A DNA stretch of 62,965 nucleotides, the filler included, from Choristocarpus tenellus KU-1152 (Eukaryota; Protista; Phaeophyceae), in NCBI GenBank assembly GCA_964200185.2. It is 11 parts of 11 records of this genome, joined end to end, with 100 filler letters (N's around TTAATTAATTAA, not from the genome) between each part and the next. Parts side by side here need not be neighbours in the genome. Positions count along the whole stretch, not along the records: positions 43,652 to 54,771 come from CAXNAD020002496.1; positions 54,872 to 60,319 come from CAXNAD020010740.1; positions 60,420 to 62,965 come from CAXNAD020026885.1; 8 more parts are not named here. One strand, given 5' to 3'. Under the pieces are notes generated by a model that made no database searches, was not told the origin of the DNA, and worked only from the letters and a program-made list of their open reading frames with translations. Below, piece after piece: positions 52,049 through 62,965 of the stretch. The position numbers and the translations under genes are program-made. Every line of letters begins with the position of its first letter. Position 1 is the stretch's first letter.

Positions 52049-53632
52049 GGAACTACCGAGTCGCTGTGTGTGTAACTACACTCGCCGGTTATGGACCTGA
52101 AGCAGTCTTGACCATAGGCATGATGAAAGCAAACTCCGTGCGTCTTTAGTCATGTATCGACTTCGTCCCGGGAAGCAGATGATGGAGGTAAGTCTTTGCC
52201 GGAATGGTGTCAACTTCTATCTCTCGCCCTGTTGTCTGTGACTAAAGCAAGTGGGGATCGAAGCACAGGCTGGGGGATGGATGTGACTGGTCGAACGGGT
52301 TTTGATGCATTGCATTTTGGAATGAACAAGGTCCCGTGTTTCCCAGGAACTGAAGCAGGTTGATTGTTTAAGGTAGCACAGACGACAGACAGCAGGCAGT
52401 GAGTTGTGGGTTAAAACAGGTTGAAGCATCTGCGCGAGGGTTGCCAGTACACTTTTGACACCATCTAAGTGTGGCAGTGAATTGCGGCTTGTTACCTCTT
52501 CTGGCACGGCCAAATCCTGTTGTGGTGAGGCAGTCCCAGTTCCTCCCTGACGATCGGAACTTCGACTGAAAAGGCAAAAGGGTGTGACATGCTAGCAAAC
52601 ATAGCACGCGCATCTGCCATGGTATTCAAACCAGTGTGAGTGTTATTATTGTGTGAAGCACCTTTTTATAACACTTGGGTTGGCTGGGACAAATGCTTAT
52701 TGGCCATTTCGATTGGACAATTCTTCTATGAGATCATCAATGCTTTGTTTCCACGATTCACCATTTTGTTCCCCGAAGGATTTTTCTTCGAAATTACTAG
52801 TGGGCTAATTTGACTTCGAATTTCTTTGTGGAATTAAAAGCCATCCATTAAACTCCGATTTCGTCTTTAACGTTTGGAAGAAGAAATAGGAAGGTTGGGT
52901 TCACATAAATTGATGAGTTGATCTTCACATATCATCACCAAAGGAAAGGGGCTCTGCATACATGAGGCATACGTGAATCTAGCATGTATGCTCGGCAATG
53001 CAAAACTAGACGATTGGGTGGAACCTTCCAAGACTCTCCCTTCTCTGTCTTCAAAGAACTCATGGCCATCTTCACTGCATTTTTCGATTAGCTATACGAA
53101 AGGATGCCTTCTCCCACCAATATGCGAACCCACTTGGTTGCTGTTATGATATCTCAAAGAGCCTGTAAGAACTGCCCTGTGATGCTCGGGACCTCGGCTG
53201 TAGACGAGTCACTCAAAAGATCACTGTGTGTTCTGAGGGAGTCAGACAAGAGTTGTTCGAGGACCTCGATCTGGAAAGGGGTTATGTTATCACTTCGTGG
53301 ATGTGATGCAAGATGGTTCCTGGACCTGTCCTCAGGTAAGGCCCATATTCCCCCTTGAACTCTCCCAAGAGCCTTGGTGAGAGCGTCAGCGAAAAAAGTG
53401 GGGTTATTAGTTGTGGTAGGAGTTGAGTTATCTGCAAATACTTGTTGAAAAACGTGGCCTTTGGCTGGATCTCTCCGAGATTTCTGTGGATGTGTTCCAC
53501 AGTTTTAGTACAACGCATGTCTAAGTTGCGGGTTCTTTCTCGCCCTTGTCTGCTGAATTGTAACTCATTCAATTCAACCTATACACTTAACTCATTGATT
53601 TCACTTCTCAATTGTGCTTCCACCTCTCTGTA

Positions 53633-53879
53633 GAGTGAAAGTATCTTAGAGGGTACGAATTTTGCCCTGTTTGTCCATTTGAGACTTGGGTACCCACGGG
53701 GTTTTTTATTACATTTTCCTAGTCCAAAATATTTCAGAGTAGGTAAAATGTAACGTTATGAAAAGGTATGTCCTGAACAAGGATATTGACACTTCCTAAC
53801 AAACACGATAGCCAAAATTGCAACATTGGATTTTTGCCCCCAAATGGACGCGACTCTACCCTCTAAGATACTTTGGCTC
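53633..53879 (-). mobile_element. MITE copy inside the gypsy copy 2 gag
   Basis: Full TIRs; perfect TSD TGTA/TGTA. Confidence 0.95.
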
Positions 53880-54313
53880 TGTAACGAAATACCAGAATCT
53901 TACTTTCCCTCTTGGATGGCCTCGTGAAACAGACCAGTGTGGTGAGGAATCTCTGATTTGGCTGCCATATCCAAGTGAACGGATTCGGTCTCTGTGCTCG
54001 TTTCTGATCCTTTGTGAGTCTCGTTTGGATCTTGACCTGGAACGGGATCTGTCGAGGAAGACCGAATGTTATCTTGACCTGCCTCGGCGTTCGGTGCAGT
54101 CGACACGACTCCTGCGGGAATTTTCAGGAGACGTGGTGCTGGGCTGGAACCTCTCCGAATTATTGATTCCTACGAGCCCTGAGAGACAGACATGTCTGCA
54201 TACCTGGGGTACTAAAGAACAACGTGGCTCAAAAATCGGGAGTGTGAGTATATGAATGGCGAGAAATAGCTACCTAAGCAACATCTATACTATGGCGACA
54301 GAGATAACTCGTT

Positions 54314-54505
54314 TGCGATCATGCCAGTCCCTTCCTTCAAGTTAGGAGGTGGTGAAAGCGCTCCAAGACCATCCAAGGAGACGATGAAACCAAGCAGAAG
54401 CCACACCATACTGGCTCCCTTGGAGTCACAGATGCGATCATGCCATTCCCTTCCTCCAAGTTAGGAGGTGGTGAAAGCGCTCCAAATCCATCCAAGGAGA
54501 CGACA
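54314..54505. repeat. ~70-bp direct repeat (2 copies, ~120-bp period) in the gypsy leader
   Basis: GCGATCATGCCA.TCCCTTCCT.CAAGTTAGGAGGTGGTGAAAGCGCTCCAA occurs twice. Confidence 0.85.
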
Positions 54506-54998
54506 AAAAAACTAACAGAAGAAAATCCAGGTCATAGTAGGGACCTACCAAGATCCTAAGCGCTGAGATAAATACTGAGTAATCTCTCTAGTTTGAAGAG
54601 ACAAGGCAGGACTGCTACGGGCGAATAGCGCGAGCATTTCTTCTTGTATTTCAACGAAGTGCAAGCGTTTGTTACACGCGAATAGCGCGAACATTTTCTT
54701 CTTATGTTTCAGGAAATACAAACATTTGTAACAGACGTAGAGAGAGAGGATTGTTTCTTGAGTTCTGACAANNNNNNNNNNNNNNNNNNNNNNNNNNNNN
54801 NNNNNNNNNNNNNNNTTAATTAATTAANNNNNNNNNNNNNNNNNNNNNNNNNNNNNNNNNNNNNNNNNNNNCCCCCCCCCCCAGATACTTTGGGTCTGGC
54901 CTACAATGTTCACTTGAGAAAACCAAACCTTTGATGAAGCATCCATGGGATGAATTCTATAGTGGATTCAGTTACTTCATCCTGTAACCTACACTGCT

Positions 54999-55192
54999 GA
55001 GTCAAAGTATCTTCGAGGGTAGAGTCACGTCCATTTGGGGGCCAAAATCCAGTGTGGCAACTTTTATAACATCTACATTTTACCTACTCCGAAATATTAT
55101 GGAGTAGGAAAATGTCATAAAAACCCCGAGGGAAGCCAAGCCCCAAATGGACAGACAGAGAAAAACTCGTACCCTCTAAGATACTTTCACTC
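54999..55192 (+). mobile_element. Internally deleted MITE copy
   Basis: Both TIRs; perfect TSD TGCT/TGCT. Confidence 0.93.
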
Positions 55193-55221
55193 TGCTATCA
55201 ACAATATTATAAACGAACATT

Positions 55222-55257
55222 GAGTGAAACTATCTACCCTCTAAGATACTTTGGCTC
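55222..55257 (-). mobile_element. 36-bp termini-only MITE derivative
   Basis: GAGTGAAACTATCTACCCTCTAAGATACTTTGGCTC; flanks ATT/ATT. Confidence 0.8.
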
Positions 55258-56254
55258 ATTAACCCCTCCCCCCCACTCCCCCCGCATTGCAGTGCCTAAC
55301 AGGAATTTGAAATTTTGCTGTCAGGGTATCCTAGATTCCCCACAAGGAATCAGGGCTACATGCTTGTGGGTTACCAAGGTCCCTAAGATTCGACCAAACT
55401 CCTGGTACTGGATGACCATTTCGATTTGGGATGATCTCTATGCTACACAATAATTTGATGTGGACTATGTATATTTTCAATGAAGAACGCCATACAGAAA
55501 TAATTTTCAACACCGATTATTGTCTGAAGTAATGGAGCTTGACAGTGATTCTCAGTGGTGACCGATCCATTGCAGTTTTGTGAAGTCATACCAAAACGAT
55601 CCCTTCTTGACCCTAAGCAATATGTTCGCACTGTATAAGCACTTGGTGCTCAGCCTGGAAAAGAGAAATCCCTGAGAAGAAATTAGTCCAAGTAGCAGTG
55701 CATCTGCTACTTTTTCATTGTTGAATCCTTTGGAACAATGTAGCCCTCCGCTTGGGAACCGAAAGCATATTTAAGAGATTGGACATGACCACCTGCAGCT
55801 TGTACTGCGAAGTAATTGCAAGGTGGATATTATGATTCAAGCTGTAGTGCTTGGAATCCCACACCGGTGGTTTGGAACTCCCAGAAGTTTTGCCTCGTAC
55901 TTTCTCATGAGGTGATATCACTACTAAAAGGCAAATCTCTGGGAAAAATGCATATGGTCAACTTTCCAGTTCACTTGCCTAGGAAGAGGATGTACACAAT
56001 TACTGCGTATGTTTTGTCCCTCTTGTCCTTAATAATCTTCATGCTGGATATTCAAAAATATTTGAAGCAGGTTAGATTTTGTGAGGTACACACTAGTACA
56101 ATATATTCTGCAGGAATCAGATACAAATAGAGTGATCAACAAGCACAGGGTGGCACAAAGATACATAACACAAGGCTCAGTGGTTCAATGTAAACGATCG
56201 GCTCACAGAGACATGTAAGATGAACAACCCCCCCATCTTCTCTGCTGCCCTCAC

Positions 56255-59200
56255 CTCGCTCCCCTGATGATACACAAGAACAGGTTGGCAAGGCACCCAG
56301 AGCTCTGCCTCCTCCTGCTCAAACTCTGTCCTCCAAAGGGCATCCACCCTTGCCATCAAATGAAGGCGGGTGCCAACCCTTTCAAGTGTATTTGCTGCTT
56401 CCCCACTTGTGTCCTCATCTTTTCCTGTAGGTTCTTGCTCGGAGTGCACAACATTTGACAAGATCCGAGTTTGTCCCCCTACCCTGAGCTGGGAGGGAGG
56501 TGGTCATGATGGAGACGAGAGACAAGCAAGAGGAAGGGTATTGCAGGCGGGAAGGCCAGGGAGGAACTGTGGAAAGGTTAATGTAGACTACATTCACAAG
56601 AACTGAAGGCAAGATTGACAGATGCACCGCTAGGTTAGACAATTGACATGCAAGATTAGGGTAGGAACGGTGTGAAGGTAACTATTTTCATGTGTATTTT
56701 TTTACTTGATATTGTTTTGAACCGTGTTTAGTTACGTTCATCATTGGTTGTAAGAAAATATTTTTTAGAAATAAATACATATCTTGCGTGCAGTGCACAG
56801 GTAATTTATCAGAATATTTGACACTGAACGGTTTTGGGTAGGTAATCCATCTAACTCTCCGTGAAGAGCAGGCAACAAGCGTCTAGAATGCACAACTATG
56901 TTGAGCATCCACCACTTATCATGAGCATCTTAGACCAATTTGCTACAATCAAATTCAGGCAGAATACTCTCAGGTGACATTCATTAGTCACATAGGTAGA
57001 AACATGGTGAAACAGGAATTGGAAGGAACGAAATTAGGAGGACAAGTCAGGGTCAGCTCCAAGTTTGCTTTGATAACCCAGGGCTTGGAGATTATCTATA
57101 AGCACGTGTCTGATTGGTCAATATCTAGAAAATTCCACCAATGTATGTGTCATCTTCTGGAGGAAATATTTTGCTTTCAAAAATGATTCTGGGGATGGAG
57201 GTGTACACATATGTGGCAATATATTCTTCGCTTTACCCAATTGTCAACAGGTGTACCTGCCAACCGTCCTTCACTGCAAGGTTCCCAGAGGCTGAAGATG
57301 TGGACATGAATGGTGAACTACCCAGCTGGATCAAGATTGCTACCGTTGCCTCTCCCTCCTTACCCGTCGCAGTGATCAAGGTGGTGGAGGGTGTACTCAC
57401 CATATCATCACTGTCCCTTTCACTGCGTGCAATGTAGAGTGGTCATTGTTGGATGTGGAGGTCAGCACGAAAAGAAGATCTTGGAGAAAAACACCAGGAA
57501 AACAACAGGGTTGGAGATTTTGGCAAGATTCAAGGAACAGGAAATTCGAAGAAAACGGAATTGGGGTGCACTTGAGCGTTTGGTTCTTCTTCACGCCAGA
57601 GTTCTGGCAGAACGAATGAAAGTATCTTATTAAGAGAGGGTACGATTTCTGCCCTGTTTGTCCATTTGGGGCTTGATTTCCCACAGGTTTTTAATGGCAT
57701 TTACCTACTCCAAGATGTTCCGGAGTAGGTATATTGTTTACATCATGAAAAGGTGTGTGCGGAACAAGGATATTGACATCTCCTAACTAATATGATAGCC
57801 AAAATTACATCAAAATTGCAACATTGGATTTTGGTCCCCAAATGGACGCGGCTCTACCCTAACCCTAAGATACTTTGACTCAAACTCCAACACTCATTGG
57901 GCGGAATGGGAACCTGAGAAAAAAAAACTGCTGGAGACAACACATCATTGACAAAAAGTCTGAACTACTCTAAAGCACAATTTTGAACGAACATATTCTG
58001 ATAAGACAAGCAAGTGGGGGAGAGGTATATCTCTGTATGTCTGCACTGAGACAAAGATATAAATTACGTCCAATCACCCTGCGTGTATATGCGTATGCGT
58101 AAACACGTCTAGACACTTGAGGAGCAGGCGTTTTCCGCGCGGAAAATATTGATGTACACACTTGACTTCAATAAGCTGCAATAGATCAAAAGAACTGGTG
58201 GGGTTCCATACCTTGGGAAGCGTTGAAAATTATGGTACGCCAAACTTTGTCTTACCTTCCGACGGCTTTTTTATGACTTGCTTTTGTATCTGCATAAGTT
58301 ACCAACATCTTAGGCAAAATGGACCATGTGTACAATAGCATGAACTCTTTCCTCCCTCAATATTATGCTAACTGTTTCAGCTATTTCTATCACTTTCAGA
58401 TCTGCAGTGGATGAATAGTCATCTCAGAGAAGATACCCTTCCACAAACACTACAAGCACGGAGTAGTTTGTTATGAATTTTTCAGTAGGTTGAGCAACTC
58501 TACTAAGTTCCACAGTTCAGCACCTCACCCAACCACAACTATGTGCATGTAGGAGCTCGCATACTATAGCTTAACTTGTACTGAATTAGAGGTAGGTGGT
58601 GGAACTTGGTCACCACAGTGTCCTTACCTACAAGGTCTGATTTCCATCAAAGTTCCATTCCACTTCCATATTAGAGTACTTGTACGATTCTTACCCTCCA
58701 TGTCCCATGACATTTCACATAGGGTATCGGTTTTCCCCAGTCTTTACCTGAATTTGATGTGCAGTTGAATTACTGCAGAGCAGCACAGAGTGCTACAGAT
58801 CGTTAACAATGAACACACAAATGGTGCAGAGTTGATCACAGAGCTCATAGCAGACTGGCTATTGAATATACAAATACATATAACAAGAAGCATTCTTGCC
58901 TCATTCTCCGCCAACTGTTCTGAAGTTGCGCTGCAAGGAGTGAGAACAACTCCTTCCTAGGCCCAAGGCCCTCGCCCTCCTCCACCCTTACACTGTCAAC
59001 AACCTTCTTGCTCCAGGGAGATCGGTAGTATGGATTTAAGATCAGTGCTGGCGACAGCTTTTGAGATGTTGTGTCAGAAGAACTCACACCGTCTTGATCT
59101 GTCTGCCGGTCTTGCTCAAGGGCACCCTGTGTTGTTGGGGAAGGGCACCATGCATGTTGCGTGCGGAGGTAGGGAGGATGGGATCGTACGGGTCCTTGCT

Positions 59201-59965
59201 GTCACATGTTCCTTGACAACCATATGTGTACTCATAGCGAGAGTTGAATTTGAAAGAGAAAAAATTGAAGCCATTGCTAGAGTAACCCCCCTCAGCAATT
59301 TCAACAGTAAGCATTCCGATATTTTGCTTAGAAGGCTTGTGTCTTAGTCCCTTTCATTAAAAACCTATATCGTGCACTGTTCTTGGGCTGAGCGGTAGAG
59401 TTCTAGTCTAAGGCACACCATGCCTTGAATAAGTTTGTGCATACATATGGGAGAGCATGATATTTGCACACATGGGTATGAGAGGTAGCCCACTTGGTGT
59501 TTCCTTTTCGAGCATTTATATAGAGTATCACTCACACTTTCAGACATGTACAAGTTGCTGTGGTATACTCCACACTGTCCCCAACAGTAACCTTATGCAT
59601 CAATGTAAGGAGAGCAGCAAGAGGGTACCCTATTGTAACATTCAGGCCAGAGTGAAAAAAGGGATACAATCTTTGCAAGCAGGACGCTTTTGGTAGATAC
59701 ATGTACAAAACATTATACACTACTTGTCCTGTTGACAGAGAATTGGATGCATATGTTTGTTCCACTTGTGATAACATCTTCAATGCAAAGTCATTGGCAT
59801 TCACAAAGGAAATATCAGTGTACTTGGAGCACCAATTCTTTCGAACCTGGACCACATTAAGCGCCTCCTCCCGTGATGTCACAATGTCCAGCCTCCTCTC
59901 TCCTCCTTCCAGTTGAATAAGTATATAAGGAAATGAAGCAGGATAACGAGGGTGTTGAGAGGGTG
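56255..59965 (-). CDS. HECT-type E3 ubiquitin ligase, 4 internal exons covering the start of the HECT domain
   Basis: Exons 59965-59724, 59126-58900, 57422-57257 and 56488-56255 are phase-compatible. EEGEGLGPRKELFSLLAAQL matches the HECT N-lobe motif, and PVLVYHQGSE resembles the following PLF.Y block. Confidence 0.7.
57614..57881 (-). mobile_element. MITE copy in a HECT-gene intron, both TIRs carrying small insertions
   Basis: GAATGAAAGTATCTTA[TTAAGA]GAGGGTAC...CTACCCT[AACC]CTAAGATACTTTGACTC; flanks GAAC/AAAC. Confidence 0.92.
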
Positions 59966-60507
59966 CTGTTCAGTAAAGGACACAGTTGATCTTGGAGAGA
60001 GTCACCCTTTGAAAGGTCTTCTCCAACTATCGACATCTGAGGAGGGACCATCAGTACTGTGTATCCATGGTCTTCATTCTACAAAGTGCCCTGCATGTAC
60101 ATTAGAGACTGAGGGATAAAAGGGAAGATTATTAGTTGCAATTGATGACGTGGATGTTGCTGTGTTTGTATAAGGGTAGGCTTCATTCAAGCATCAATCT
60201 TGCAGTTACCTAAGGTAGACCATGAAAACACTTTGATATCACGGAGGAGAAGCGAAACTTCAGTGTTTACACGTAGAAGAGGCTCAAAGTATCTGGGAGG
60301 GGGTAGCGGCTGTTCAATTNNNNNNNNNNNNNNNNNNNNNNNNNNNNNNNNNNNNNNNNNNNNTTAATTAATTAANNNNNNNNNNNNNNNNNNNNNNNNN
60401 NNNNNNNNNNNNNNNNNNNGGGGGGGGCTTTTTGGACACAATTGCCGCTGGCCCCTAAATAATATTAATCAACACAAAAAAGGGGAAATGGTGGTTCCCC
60501 CCCCCCC

Positions 60508-60538
<31 letters not shown>

Positions 60539-60814
60539 CCTCCTGTCCTGTTGACCTACCTGCACATCCCTGGGTGTTGCTAGTGCTATCTGTCCTCCGG
60601 GGATGTTGCCTTTCTCTGGCGATTGTGGTAGTGGATGTTGCCGGTGTGTGCAAGGGGCCGGTTGAGTCTGTCATCAAATTTTGAGGCCACACCAGGATGT
60701 TTGAATGTTTTTTTTTTTAATGCTGCTAATGTATGCGCAGGAGCAATTAGGCCATGTGCTCATGAAGGCCCTCAATCATTGCCTGATTGCACACTAGATC
60801 GAAATTGTGTTGTT

Positions 60815-60818
<4 letters not shown>

Positions 60819-60856
<38 letters not shown>

Positions 60857-60890
60857 TCTCTCTCTCTCCCTCTCTCTCTTTCTCCCTCTC
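60819..60890. repeat. (CT)n microsatellite
   Basis: Direct reading. Confidence 0.95.
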
Positions 60891-61112
60891 TGTAAGCAAA
60901 GATTTTGAAAACCAATATATGGATGAGGCGACTCACAGGACAAACAGTTGGGGGCACCTGCTGTTGAATAGTAACACTCCCATGTATTTGTGGAAGCAAA
61001 TGAACCTTCCTATACACACACCCGAGAGTCTTTTTCCCAATGTTATTTTCCCATGACCCTATGTACCGATTTCACAGCCTATGTGGGTAAAGCAGGATGG
61101 TTAGGTACTCAC

Positions 61113-61208
61113 GAGTGAGATTTTAACACCTTCTGTGTAAGAGGGACCTTCTGGCAGTGACTTGAAGCGTTCTGTGCATACCAGAATGAAGTACACTTTT
61201 TGATGAAA
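61113..61208 (-). CDS. Possible internal exon of an unidentified gene
   Basis: TAG acceptor, GTGAGT donor and a 96-nt open frame FHQKVYFILVCTERFKSLPEGPSYTEGVKISL. Confidence 0.4.
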
Positions 61209-62965
61209 CTAGTGGCTTGAATATGAGGAGATGAGGTGAGGTGTAGGCAATACTCAAAGGCTGGGAGATTCAACTCAGCGTGACTTCAATCGGTTGATGG
61301 TGAGGTTTGAATTCCCCCCCCCCCCCCGGGGAGTCGAGGTTTTGCTCCAATGGTTAGTAGGGCATTCAGGAAGAGCAAGGTGCACTAATAGATACTCGCT
61401 ACAGTTATTTTGTTGTTGAGGTGCTTGAAACACCAGATTTGCAGTTTGCAACAGGAGGGGGGTTAGGGGGAGTCTGGAGTACAGGGTCGTACACGCCTCC
61501 CTTCTGTACTTTTTTTTTTGATGTCCCTGTTCATAAGGAGGATCTTCTTTGAAGTCATTCGAAATATTCGTTGGAGGATGGTTTTTGTTATTTTTGTTTG
61601 CTTGAAAGTGTCTTGTCAGAGTGTGCATGTATATATACATAAATATATATTACGTATATTATGTATGTTGGTCCCGACGAGGTAGAGTTCTGTTGCCCTC
61701 TCTGAATGTCTGAATATGTCAAGTCTCGTGGTTGTGTTCCTGATCTTTGTTTCTATGCACTAAGTCTTGCCTTCTTTGGCTGAGTGGCAGAAAATTAATG
61801 AAGACCCTATTTCAGTATGCAGCTCCACATGATATCGGCAAGCAGCCCTGGAGTGTCATGCATGACAGGGGAGGCTTCAACGAGGGACGCAACAGGGGGG
61901 AACACTAACCCACAAATACAGTGCCTTTGTCACCAACTCAAGAGCTTTCTTGTTTACTTCAGCTTGTGGCGCATATGCTTCGAAAACCTGTCCACATCAA
62001 CACCAACCGGCCCTTGTCGGTATGATAACATACGACCCTACTCTCTCTCTTCTTTTTTCTGGAGGAAGACTTGGCCTTACCATGTGTATTTGCACACTTG
62101 GAATCCTGTTCTGATTCTGTTCTATTCCCCGGTTCAAGACAAGATGGAATACGCCTCTCTGTCTTTTCGAGGCATGAGAGGAAGATATAGATGAAAAATT
62201 GAAGGTTCCTTTTTTAGGGTGGATTAGTTCGCCTCATTGCACCACGTTTGTAGTATCATAGAAAGGAAAGATGATGGTTTATTTTCAACAGAGTAATGCT
62301 TTGTTGGAGAGTTGAGAACAAGACTTGTGCTTGTCATGAGATTCAGCAAACCACACAGTACTATGACTCCTTCATCGGCCACCTATGGTTCTGTGCTTAA
62401 AAGAGCTAACCACATTTTGTAGCCATGCTGTCTCTCTCTCTTTGTGTGCAGGTATGTTCTTTGTGACTCTCACAAAGTACTTCACTACTCCCCATCTCAA
62501 ATCATAGCACTACCTCTTTTATTTACTCCTTTTTGAAGTATAGTATACTAGCAACAACGGCAACTGTTCTCTCAACCTTTCAGTATGCTATGCTGAAAAA
62601 CGAGATCAATTCCATGTATCATGCTTAACTTCAACCACAGTGTGAAAGGTAGGGCCTTTGAAGCCCAGAAGCTGTGTTATGCGGCTGCAGCAGGTACCAC
62701 TAACAGGGAGGGTGGTCAGTCAGAAGGTCAAGGTGGGTCAGCCCATATAGACATGCTTTACACAAACTCTTAATGTACAATCAGTGGATGTACTGCCTTA
62801 TCTAAGGAGGAACATAAGACATCCACCCACACCTAGGTACACATACAGCAAATCATTTTAGACCTACATGGGGGTCTAAAGTAAAGACGAGGGTAAGAGG
62901 GGGGGGGGGGGGGCTCTCGAGGCCAAAAACCACACAAGATTTTGTAGTGAAATTCCTCTCTTTCC

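Larger units (their letters stand above)
50810..54770 (-). mobile_element. Ty3/gypsy element copy 2 (5' LTR 54613-54770, gag, protease; truncated)
   Basis: Collinear with about 46740-50180. Protease remnant LLDTG; shared WRSTT.WGG..LPHLN..GKGTLHAANP block. Confidence 0.9.

Noticed and set aside
60497-60523. Long poly-C/G runs near contig ends as functional elements
   Set aside because: Their position at breaks is best explained by sequencing and assembly dropout, and their lengths are unreliable.

Overview
Eukaryotic nuclear DNA, not one contiguous locus. It is 11 short contigs joined by an artificial N-TTAATTAATTAA-N spacer, so adjacency across spacers carries no meaning. Long, mostly phase-0 introns, TTAGGG repeats and the transposon types suggest a stramenopile, probably a brown alga or relative (inference). 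Spliced host genes reconstructed by eye: a mitochondrial-type threonine dehydratase (5 exons, partial), ClpX (2 exons), a near-complete CCDC24-like gene, a tail-anchored TPR-type C-terminus, an ankyrin terminal exon, mitochondrial cysteine desulfurase NFS1 (7 exons, partial) and a HECT-type E3 ligase (4 exons, partial). Much of the rest is decayed transposons: two Ty1/copia remnants, two related Ty3/gypsy copies, solo LTRs, a plant-type mariner and about 10 copies of a ~260-bp GAG...CTC MITE. The most interesting leads are a gypsy lineage with a CCCH zinc finger instead of a CCHC knuckle (plus WLDD RT and a tRNA-Gln-like PBS), the abundant Sola2-like MITE with mixed 3/4-bp target duplications, dispersed short telomere-repeat insertions (one traceable inside a MITE terminus), and relaxed splice signals. 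I found no convincing new multi-gene system.
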